Of a DNA stretch of 64,000 nucleotides, positions 19,382 to 27,208 are shown piece after piece. The stretch lies in assembly GCA_046328335.1 (NCBI GenBank), contig JAXLWU010000003.1, positions 130,216-194,215 of the forward strand. Reading direction: 5' to 3'. Position 1 is the first letter of the stretch; every line of letters begins with the position of its first letter. The notes under the pieces were generated by a model that searched no databases, had not been told where the DNA came from, and saw only the letters and a program-made list of their open reading frames with translations. The translations under genes and the position numbers were made by a program. This DNA comes from Thermomicrobiales bacterium. Lineage in GTDB: Bacteria > Chloroflexota > Chloroflexia > Thermomicrobiales > UBA6265.

Positions 19382-21145
19382 GTGGCGGAATCTGTTTCGG
19401 TCCAGATCGAGCAGGATGTCCCGGTTGAGATGCGCGACGGTACGGTATTGCGCGCCGATGTCTATCGGCCCGCCGATCACGCTCGCCGTCCGGTCCTCCT
19501 CCAGCGAACGCCCTACAACAAGCAACTTCTCGGCCTGGCGCCGCTCCACGTCGATCTCCTGAAAGCGGTCAGTCGTGGGTATGTCGTCGTGATCCAGGAC
19601 TGCCGAGGCCGCTATCGCTCCGACGGCGATTTCAATCCGTTTCACCAGGAGATCCCGGATGGGTACGACACGGTGGAGTGGTGCGCGGCGCAGTCATGGT
19701 CGGACGGCAACGTCGGGATGTTCGGCACGTCGTACGTTGGCGCGGTGCAGTGGCTGGCCGCGATTGGCACGCCACCGGGCCTGAAATGCATGATCCCGAT
19801 CTTCACCGCCTCTGACTATTACGAAGGGTGGACCTACCAGGGCGGCGCGTTCCAGTGGGGCTTCATGTGCAACTGGGTGCTGCCGTTCCTGACCTCGGCG
19901 GACATGATCCGCGCCCACGATCGCAATCCAGCGATCGACATCGAGGCGTGGCGCGAGAAGACCATCGACGCCGTCGACCACATGAGCGAGACGGCACGCA
20001 CGCTGCCGCTCAAGGATTTCCCGGTCAACCCGGAGTGGACACCGTACTTCGCCGACTGGCTGTCGCATGCCACCCGGGACGACTTCTGGACCAGCGTCTC
20101 CATCGAGGACCGGCACGAGAAGATCCAGGTTCCCGCGCTGAATGTTGGTGGCTGGTACGACATCTTCCTCGACGGCACCTTGCGCAACTTCAGTGGGGTG
20201 CGGGCGAAAGGCGCAACCGAAGCGGCGCGGACCGGAAGTCGCCTCCTGCTGGGCCCCTGGACGCACACCACCCCACCGCAGCCGCAATCGGGAGCGTTCG
20301 ATTTCGGCCTGCGCGCCGGGCAGAATCTATCGCCGTTGACGATGGACATTGACCGGGAATACTTCCGCTTCCTCGACTTCTGGCTGCGCGGGATCGACGA
20401 CGGGTACTCCAGCGAACCGCCGGCCAGGATCTGGGTGATGGGCGAGGGCGTCTGGCGGTCAGAGAACGAATGGCCGCTGGCTCGCGCCGTGAATACCGAA
20501 TTCTTCCTGGGTAGTGATGGCAACGCGAACTCGATTGCCGGCGATGGCACGTTGGCGACGACGACTCCCAGCGGGGACCGGCCGGATGTGTTCCTCTACG
20601 ATCCGTTCCACGCCGTGCCGTCCGTTGGTGGTCAACTCTGCTGCTACCCGGCCCAATTCGCTCCAGGCGCTTTCGACCAGCGCTCGGTCGAGGAACGGAA
20701 CGACGTGCTCGTCTACACCACACCGCCGTTGGAGCAGGATGTCGAGGTAACGGGACCGGTGCGCCTCCACCTCTGGGCGGCGACCACGGCGGTGGATACC
20801 GATTTCACGGGCAAGGTGGTCGACATCGCGCCGGACGGATACACACAGAATCTCACCGACGGCATCGTTCGCGCCCGCTACCGGCTCGGCACTGACAAGG
20901 CGCGCCCGATCACGCCCGGGGAGCCGACCGAGTACGTGATCGATCTCTGGGCCACGAGCAATCTTTTCAAGCGGGGGCACCGCATCGCGCTGGAGGTAAG
21001 CAGCAGCAATTTCCCGCGATTCGACCGCAATTTGAACACCGGACACACGCTTGGTGAAGACGCAGCGATGGTACCGGCAATCCAAACGGTCTACCACGAT
21101 CAGAACCATCCTTCACGCCTGATCCTGCCGATCGTGCCACGATAG
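19382..21145 (+). CDS. CocE/NonD family hydrolase (S15 X-Pro dipeptidyl-peptidase fold), paralogue 1
   Basis: VEMRDGTVLRADVYRP..LLQRTPYNK..GMFGTSYVG..VPALNVGGWYDIFL..SSNFPRFDRNLNTG. The start is set at GTG 19382 with GGGAAAGG upstream. The 5' part of the track ORF is Arg-rich junk. Confidence 0.8.
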   Translation: MAESVSVQIEQDVPVEMRDGTVLRADVYRPADHARRPVLLQRTPYNKQLLGLAPLHVDLLKAVSRGYVVVIQDCRGRYRSDGDFNPFHQEIPDGYDTVEWCAAQSWSDGNVGMFGTSYVGAVQWLAAIGTPPGLKCMIPIFTASDYYEGWTYQGGAFQWGFMCNWVLPFLTSADMIRAHDRNPAIDIEAWREKTIDAVDHMSETARTLPLKDFPVNPEWTPYFADWLSHATRDDFWTSVSIEDRHEKIQVPALNVGGWYDIFLDGTLRNFSGVRAKGATEAARTGSRLLLGPWTHTTPPQPQSGAFDFGLRAGQNLSPLTMDIDREYFRFLDFWLRGIDDGYSSEPPARIWVMGEGVWRSENEWPLARAVNTEFFLGSDGNANSIAGDGTLATTTPSGDRPDVFLYDPFHAVPSVGGQLCCYPAQFAPGAFDQRSVEERNDVLVYTTPPLEQDVEVTGPVRLHLWAATTAVDTDFTGKVVDIAPDGYTQNLTDGIVRARYRLGTDKARPITPGEPTEYVIDLWATSNLFKRGHRIALEVSSSNFPRFDRNLNTGHTLGEDAAMVPAIQTVYHDQNHPSRLILPIVPR

Positions 21146-21157
21146 CGAACCGTCCCT

Positions 21158-21187
21158 AGTCGTTGCTTCCGGCCGGAAGCAACGACT
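21158..21187. terminator. 30-nt perfect palindrome directly after the CocE/NonD stop
   Basis: AGTCGTTGCTTCCGG/CCGGAAGCAACGACT, 13 nt after the stop codon in a convergent gap. There is no U-tract. Confidence 0.45.
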
Positions 21188-21259
21188 GGAACCATGTCAA
21201 TCAATCCGCGCGAACCCTACGGAATCTGGATGATGACTGCCGTTTTCATGCAGCGCCGG

Positions 21260-21305
21260 CCCTCACCCCAACCCCTCTCCCTCCCGGCGGGAGAGGGGCT
21301 CACCA
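21260..21305 (+). repeat. Repeat family B, short copy (B1)
   Basis: CCCTCACCCCAACCCCTCTCCCTCCCGGCGGGAGAGGGGCTCACC shares the CCCTCACCCCAACCC module with the copies at 29424 and 33781. It contains the hairpin CCCCTCTCCC / GGGAGAGGGG. Confidence 0.6.
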
Positions 21306-21357
21306 TCCTGGTCAAAGATCAAGTCTTCAACAGGATTCAGTGCAACAGGTGCTCAAC

Positions 21358-24228
21358 TCAGCGAAAGAAGACAACGGGCAGATCGTCTGGGCTCAGGGAC
21401 GCCCCAATCAGAGCGGCGCGGCGGAACGGTTCATCGCCAAGCTCGGAGTGTATCGTCGCGACCAGCCGGTCGTGTTCTGAGACATAGATCGGGGCGAGCG
21501 GGGCGCCGATGTGTTCCCGGAGCGACGCGGCGGCGCCGCACGCTCTTGCGGCCTTGTCGAATTCGTGTCGGGCAGCGGCGAGCGTGGCAAAGACTTCGAG
21601 TCCGCGCGCCATCCCCTCCGTATCCCCGGTTGCGCGGGAGAGCGTCGCTGCCTCCTCGAGCAACGAGGCCGCCAAATCGAACGCCTCCCGGCCGATCTCG
21701 ATCTCGGCCTGCGTCACCAGCGTCGATGCCATAGCCCGCTGATCGCCGATCTCTTGCAACAGGACCAACGCATGTTGGTAGAGGTCGTCGGCTTGTTGGA
21801 AGTCGCCGCGGCGGAACCTGACTTCTCCGAGATTGGAGAGAAGGAGTCCTTCGCTGGCGCGAGCGCCAACAGCGCGAAAGATGCCCAACGCTTCGTCATA
21901 GCACTGGACGGCCTGATCAAGGTCGCCGTTCAGGAACGCCAGTCTCCCGAGATTGGAGAGGGCCGTCCCGAGTCCCCAGGCGTCACCGAGTGCGCGAAGC
22001 AAGGCAACACCTTCAGTCAGATGCAGCGATGCGGCCGTTGTGTCGCCTCTTTGCGCCGCGACCGTTCCCAACCCGACCAGCGCCTGCGCGGCGCCGGCGT
22101 CATCGTTCGCGGCGCGGAACCGTGGCAAAGCCGCCTCGAACTTCTGGCGTGCCGCGTCGAAATGACCGTGGTCCTGGGCGATCACGGCAAGCGCCAACTG
22201 AACGCGGGCCGCTTCGTGATCATCTCCGGCGGTCTCCGCCAGCCGCAACGCCTCCTCGTGCAATGCGATCGCCCGCGTGTAGTTGCCCTGTGCTTCGGCG
22301 ATCGACCCCGCGCCGGTGAGGATTGCGATGCGATCGGGAATGGGCACCTCTCCCGGGAGGGCGAGGACCTGTTCCATCCAGGCCATCCCTTCGCTTAGGT
22401 AGCCGCGGAGCCACCAGAACCACCAGAGTGTTCCGGCAAGGCGGAACGCCCGTTGGCTGGCTTGGTCCCCGATGAGGAAGCGGAGCGCGGCACGGAACTC
22501 GTCGTGATCGGTCTCAAACGTCGCGAGCAGTTCACCCTGCCGCGATCCCGTGAGATCCGGTCTCGCCACATCGGCAAACGCTAAGAAATGACCGGCATGC
22601 CGCTCGCACACCACCTGCAATTCGAGGGATTGCGTCAATTGCTCCTGGGCGTAGGCCCGAATGGTCTGCAACATGCCAAATCGCGACTCACCGGTCGCAT
22701 CGATTGTCTGTTGGAGAAGGCTTTCTTCCACAAGGGAGGCAACGGCGTCAAACGTTGCAGCCGACGCCTCGATATCGACGACGGCTTCGATGGAGGTCAG
22801 CGTTGGCGCGCCGGCAAAGACCGCCAACCGGCGGAATGCGATTTGTGCTTCTTCCGAGAGGAGATCGTGACTCCAGGCGATGGCGGCGTGCAGCGTCTGC
22901 TGCCGCGCCGGAGCATCGCGCGAACCACTCGACAAGAGTTTCAGCCGGTCTTCGAGCCGGGTCAAGAGTTCCCTGGGCGGCAGGACGCGCACGCGGGCCG
23001 CGGCCAACTCGATCGCCAGTGGCAATCCGTCAAGCCGGCGGCAGATTTCGACCACCGCGTTGACATTGTCTTCGGTCACGTCGAACGCCGGTCTCGCCGC
23101 TCGCGCCCGATCGACGAAGAGTTGGACCGCATTTGAATCAAGTGCCGACGCGATCGTGGCCGTGCCGAAACTGGCGCTTGGCGCGTCCAATGGCGGCACC
23201 GCGAACTCCCGTTCGCCGCGAATGCGCAGCGGCGCCCGGCTGGTTGCGAGTACGCGCAGTCCAGGCGCCGCGGCGAGTAACTCGGCAATACGGGGAGCCG
23301 CCCTCAGGAGATGTTCGAGATTGTCCAGTACCAGCAGAAGGGTCCGGGGCTTCAGATAGTCGGCGACGAGATCGGGGAGTGGACGGCCGTCGCCCTCCCG
23401 GACGCCCAAGACCCGCGCGATCGCTGGCAGCACCAGCGTGTGGTCCTGAATCGAGGCAAGATCGACGAACCAGACGCCGTCCGGGAAGGCACTGAAGTCC
23501 GTGATTGCCGCTTCGAGCGCGAGGCGTGTTTTGCCTACGCCGCCGGGACCGGTCAGCGTCAGAAGCCGCACGGCGGGTTCGTTGAGAAGATCCGTGACCT
23601 GCGCGAGTTCGGTCGTCCTCCCGATGAGCGGGTTCGCGGGCGCGGGCAGATTGTGCAGTTGGCGGTCGAGCGAGAGGAGGGGTGGGAACTCATGCGGAAC
23701 ATCGGGGTGAACAATCTGAAACACGGGCTCCGCATCGGTCAAATCTCGAAGCCGGTGGACACCGAGATCGCGGAGTGCCGCCCCCGCGGGCAGACTCGCG
23801 CGGACAAGATTCGCCGCGGCATCAGTCAGGAGAATCTGTCCCCCGTGACCAGCGGATAGCAAACGGGCGAGCCGGTTCAGCGCAGGCGCAAGGTAATCCC
23901 GTCCAACCGGTGTTGCCTCACCGACGTGGACGGCGGCCCGGACCAGCAGCGGCTGACCGTCGAGCCATGACTCGGCATGGAGCGCGCGTTCGCCGTCGAG
24001 AGCCGCGCTCACCGCCGCCGCGACCGTGGGAAATGCGGCCTGCACGGCATCTCCCACCGTCTTGAAGCGAATGCCACCATGGGTCGCGATTGCTGAATCG
24101 AGAAGCTCGAAATGGCGGTCCACTATGCGCCGCATCGTTGCGGGATCTCGTTCCCAACGCCGCGTGCTCCCCTCGATGTCCGTGAAGAGAAAGGCGACAG
24201 TTCCGGTGGGGAGATCCGGTTCATTCAC
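21358..24228 (-). CDS. Class III adenylate/guanylate cyclase domain - STAND (NB-ARC-like) P-loop NTPase - TPR repeat protein
   Basis: 956 aa. N-terminus GTVAFLFTDIEGSTRRWE..RFKTVGDAVQAAF (cyclase metal-binding Asp residues), Walker A LTLTGPGGVGKTRLALEAA, LLVLDNLEH (Walker B), and a C-terminal ~400 aa of TPR-like repeats (NLGEVRFRRGDFQQADDLYQHAL etc.). No HTH was seen. Confidence 0.85.
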   Translation of the reverse strand: MNEPDLPTGTVAFLFTDIEGSTRRWERDPATMRRIVDRHFELLDSAIATHGGIRFKTVGDAVQAAFPTVAAAVSAALDGERALHAESWLDGQPLLVRAAVHVGEATPVGRDYLAPALNRLARLLSAGHGGQILLTDAAANLVRASLPAGAALRDLGVHRLRDLTDAEPVFQIVHPDVPHEFPPLLSLDRQLHNLPAPANPLIGRTTELAQVTDLLNEPAVRLLTLTGPGGVGKTRLALEAAITDFSAFPDGVWFVDLASIQDHTLVLPAIARVLGVREGDGRPLPDLVADYLKPRTLLLVLDNLEHLLRAAPRIAELLAAAPGLRVLATSRAPLRIRGEREFAVPPLDAPSASFGTATIASALDSNAVQLFVDRARAARPAFDVTEDNVNAVVEICRRLDGLPLAIELAAARVRVLPPRELLTRLEDRLKLLSSGSRDAPARQQTLHAAIAWSHDLLSEEAQIAFRRLAVFAGAPTLTSIEAVVDIEASAATFDAVASLVEESLLQQTIDATGESRFGMLQTIRAYAQEQLTQSLELQVVCERHAGHFLAFADVARPDLTGSRQGELLATFETDHDEFRAALRFLIGDQASQRAFRLAGTLWWFWWLRGYLSEGMAWMEQVLALPGEVPIPDRIAILTGAGSIAEAQGNYTRAIALHEEALRLAETAGDDHEAARVQLALAVIAQDHGHFDAARQKFEAALPRFRAANDDAGAAQALVGLGTVAAQRGDTTAASLHLTEGVALLRALGDAWGLGTALSNLGRLAFLNGDLDQAVQCYDEALGIFRAVGARASEGLLLSNLGEVRFRRGDFQQADDLYQHALVLLQEIGDQRAMASTLVTQAEIEIGREAFDLAASLLEEAATLSRATGDTEGMARGLEVFATLAAARHEFDKAARACGAAASLREHIGAPLAPIYVSEHDRLVATIHSELGDEPFRRAALIGASLSPDDLPVVFFR

Positions 24229-24308
24229 TTCAGCGCCCCGGTCCGGTCAGGGAAACTGCCCAGCGTAAACCTCGCAGCTAGTGCGGCCTGCAAAGTCTGT
24301 GTCGTGCT

Positions 24309-24386
24309 GAGCCGCCGCGAGGACACTTGGCGTTTCGCCCCGGCGGAGCACCACGACGAGGCCCCTCGTTCCTCGGGACGACACAC
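24309..24386 (+). repeat. Repeat family A copy (A3)
   Basis: GAGCCGCCGCGAGGACACTTGGCGTTTCGCCCCGGCGGAGCACCACGACGAGGCCCCTCGTTCCTCGGGACGACACAC. Confidence 0.65.
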
Positions 24387-24476
24387 TTTTTACGTCGCGG
24401 TAACGCCTCTAGATGTGCCGCGGCTGCGTTGGCGGTGCGTTCCCGAACGATCCATACTCGCGGACTGGCGACGTTG

Positions 24477-25070
24477 CTATCGAGAGAGCGGAGCGCGGCG
24501 AACTCGCTGAAATCCCCCGGAGCCGGAAGGACACATGGTGCCGTCCGATTTCAGCACGCAGCCCAGCACCGCGTCACAGCGGCACTCTTCAGGGCAGCAG
24601 AGGCTGACGTTGCAAACGAACTCATCCTTGCAGACGCAGACGCCATTGTCGCAGCGGCGGGTGACGGGGTCACAGCAGAAATCGCCGCACACGTTCTCCT
24701 CCGGGCAGCAGAATTCCCTGGCGTGAGAATGCTTGTTCTGGCAGGTCGGAAATGCGTGCTTCGTCCCAGCACAGCAGAAATCGTGGTTCCTGCGGCACAG
24801 ACAGTCAATCGAACACTCGACGAAGAGGCGGTCTTTGGGGCAACAGGCCCGGTCTACGCAGGAATTCCGGCCGCAGCATCTTCGCCCGGCCCCGCAGCGC
24901 TGCCCGGTCTGCCGGCACTGTTTCCTGTTCGCCGACGTGGCTGCCGCAGCGGGGTCGCTTTGACGGTCCCCGCATGTGGCAAAGGCAAGACCGAGCAGGG
25001 CGACGGCTTTGCGCCGCGAGCCAGGTGCGGAAAAAGAGCGGGTCAGTATGTCAAACCGGTTTCCGTCCAT
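24477..25070 (-). CDS. Extremely Cys-rich secreted protein (twin-arginine-like signal)
   Basis: Internal ATG at 25070 gives MDGNRFDILTRSFSAPGSRRKAVALLGLAFATCG (signal). The mature ~165 aa contain about 29 Cys, including six CC doublets (RRCC, RACC, DFCC, EFCC, DFCC, SLCC). No family was recognised. Confidence 0.55.
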   Translation of the reverse strand: MDGNRFDILTRSFSAPGSRRKAVALLGLAFATCGDRQSDPAAAATSANRKQCRQTGQRCGAGRRCCGRNSCVDRACCPKDRLFVECSIDCLCRRNHDFCCAGTKHAFPTCQNKHSHAREFCCPEENVCGDFCCDPVTRRCDNGVCVCKDEFVCNVSLCCPEECRCDAVLGCVLKSDGTMCPSGSGGFQRVRRAPLSR

Positions 25071-25190
25071 TTCATGTCCCGCGCAGTTAGATCGATGTTG
25101 TCGCGGCAGGCCAGTCAGGAGAACTGCCGGTCTGTCAGCAGCGTAGCCTGACATCAAATGGACGCAAGCGCAACCCGGAACCAGCACATG

Positions 25191-25220
25191 GCCTCCGGTC
25201 ACTCAGGCTTGACCGGAGGC
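25191..25220. terminator. Hairpin after the dienelactone hydrolase gene
   Basis: GCCTCCGGTCA-CTCAGGCT-TGACCGGAGGC (11-bp perfect stem), ~50 nt downstream of the minus-strand stop at 25268. Confidence 0.45.
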
Positions 25221-25267
25221 TGTTGCTGCCGCGGCACGTGTCGCGGATCGGAGGATCCAGGTCCCGA

Positions 25268-26248
25268 TCAGGCGACAGGCGTTGCCGTGCCGGAGGCACC
25301 AAGAACGTAGGTCGCGAACCAGGCGAGGGTGTCGTGCCATGCCTGGAGCGCCTGTTCCTCGTTCCAGCGCGGACCGGTATCGTTGTGGAAGGCGTGCTGG
25401 GTGCCCGGGTAGATATTGATCTGGTACGTGATCCCGGCGGCATCGAGCGCCGCGATCAGTTCATCCCGGCCTTCGTTGGCAAAATCATCGGGATCATCGG
25501 AATAGATCCCGAGCACCGCGGCCTTGATGTTCGGCACATCCTCGAGTGGCGGCGGCGGGCCGTAGTACGGAGCGGCGGCTTTCAATTCGGGCATCTGGGT
25601 TGCGCAACGCCAGGTGATGCCGCCGCCAAAACAGAAGCCGGTCATCGCCATGCGATTGGCGTCGGCATGAGGCTCCGCAGCGTAGAAGGCGGCCGCCGCC
25701 TTGAAGTCGTCGACATGACGCTGCGGATCGGCCTGGCGGGTGAGCAACGCCGGAATCTCCGCTGGATCGGCGACCCCTCCCGTACCACCCTCACGACTGA
25801 GCAGATCGACGGCGCAGGCGAGATACCCCTGAGCCGCGTAACGGCGAGCGACATCCCGAATATGCGGGGTCAATCCCCGATTCTCATGGCAAATCAGGAC
25901 GACCGGGAAAGGACCGTCTCCGGACGATGGCATCGCCTGATAGGCCCTTATCTCGGCCCCATCCAGGCCCTGGAATGTGATGTCGGCAGCGGTTACACGC
26001 GGATCATTCTCCGCGACACTAACCGAACTCCGCGGTCCCGTCGGGGTCGGCGCTGGCGGCGGGGTGGCTTCCTGAGCGGAAGCGACCGGCACGCCAAGGC
26101 TGGTGAGAATCGTCGCCGTGGCGGCCACCCCGCCGGTGATATGGAGAACCCGGCGCACCATATCGCGCCGGGACATGATGCCATCGACGTAGTCGTCGAC
26201 GAATTCATGGACCAGGTAGTTCTCGAACTGACTCAGTTCTCGCACCAT
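25268..26248 (-). CDS. Dienelactone hydrolase family protein with Tat-type signal
   Basis: ATG at 26248 with a GGGAGG RBS. SRRDMVRRVLHITGGVAATATIL is the Tat signal. VVLICHENRGLTPHIRDVARR..MTGFCFGGG..HAFHND is the DLH catalytic Cys/His pattern. Confidence 0.8.
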   Translation of the reverse strand: MVRELSQFENYLVHEFVDDYVDGIMSRRDMVRRVLHITGGVAATATILTSLGVPVASAQEATPPPAPTPTGPRSSVSVAENDPRVTAADITFQGLDGAEIRAYQAMPSSGDGPFPVVLICHENRGLTPHIRDVARRYAAQGYLACAVDLLSREGGTGGVADPAEIPALLTRQADPQRHVDDFKAAAAFYAAEPHADANRMAMTGFCFGGGITWRCATQMPELKAAAPYYGPPPPLEDVPNIKAAVLGIYSDDPDDFANEGRDELIAALDAAGITYQINIYPGTQHAFHNDTGPRWNEEQALQAWHDTLAWFATYVLGASGTATPVA

Positions 26249-26270
26249 GCGTAGCCTCCCGTCGCGGGGT

Positions 26271-27074
26271 TCAGACCAGCTCCGACCCACAGATGAATTG
26301 AACGCTTGCAAGATTCACGCCGAATGTATTGGCGCTGCCGTCGCGCAACAAGGCGATCACGGCTCGCTCGTCGTCCGCGGTCAGTGTCAAGCGCTGTGCC
26401 GCCCAGAAGGCGCTGGCGCGATCCCGTGGGACATCCTCCCGATCGACCAGGGTGGGGATCCATTCACCCCGGCGACGTAGACCGGTGTCACGCAGTTGCG
26501 CCAGGAATCCAGTCACCAGATTCACCGCGGTTGCCGGAGCCGAGCGAGGGGCGAGCGCCACATGCGTTACCACCGGCAAAGCCGTGAGAATGAACCAGGC
26601 ACGCGCCAGGTCTTCGCTGAACCCGCCCTCGGGTTCACGCAACGCTTCGGCGCCCTCGACGATGACGACCTGCGCGTGCGCGGCCTCGGGTGATGTATCG
26701 TCCCGAATCCAGGTTGTCGGCGTGATGCCATAAAAGCGGTCGAGGACCGCGCGCGCCAACGTCTCCGCGAGGTCGCCCGCGTCGAAGAGCCGCACCGGGG
26801 ACTGATCGATTTCGTCGGGCCGCACCGGGGTGCGCAGCGCGATGTCGCCGACCCCCTGGGAGATCGCCGCGATATCTCGCATCACGACATGAGAGGTTGC
26901 GAGCCGTGTCAGCGCGGTCGAGGGCGCCAGTGCTGCCGAGTCTGCGTCGATTGCAGCGCCATTCAAACGAGGAACGAGTGAGACTTCCAATCCACCTGGG
27001 GCGGAAATCCAGCCGGAGCGGACAGGCGCCGTGAAGACCGACGTAGCGAACGAATCGTCAATCAGCAACCGCAT
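26271..27074 (-). CDS. Divergent MqnA/MqnD-like (futalosine-pathway, periplasmic-binding-protein fold) protein
   Basis: 267 aa. DLARAWFILTALPVVTHVALAPRS resembles the DLG..W..WTGLPFVFAVWA block of MqnA. The N-terminal IPYLN-type motif was not recognised. Assignment is tentative. Confidence 0.35.
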   Translation of the reverse strand: MRLLIDDSFATSVFTAPVRSGWISAPGGLEVSLVPRLNGAAIDADSAALAPSTALTRLATSHVVMRDIAAISQGVGDIALRTPVRPDEIDQSPVRLFDAGDLAETLARAVLDRFYGITPTTWIRDDTSPEAAHAQVVIVEGAEALREPEGGFSEDLARAWFILTALPVVTHVALAPRSAPATAVNLVTGFLAQLRDTGLRRRGEWIPTLVDREDVPRDRASAFWAAQRLTLTADDERAVIALLRDGSANTFGVNLASVQFICGSELV

Positions 27075-27208
27075 TGGTCTTGGGACCTTTCACACGCTGC
27101 CTGTGCTCACGCACCATGACATGAAGAATTGCACGGGCGCAATCGCAGGCTGGGCGTTGGACGACGACCGCGGTAGCACGCAATACCGCCCATTCGGCCC
27201 GGCGGCGT

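Noticed and set aside
24327-25151. ORFs sharing the peptide RRGPSFLGTTH (24327..25151, 45131..45499, 54074..54319, also 15656..16177) as a possible small conserved protein family.
   Set aside because: The shared segment is only ~25-30 nt of a larger nucleotide-level repeat (family A). The flanking 'protein' sequence is unrelated between copies. The copies overlap real genes or lie in both orientations. I treat them as a DNA/RNA repeat, not a CDS.
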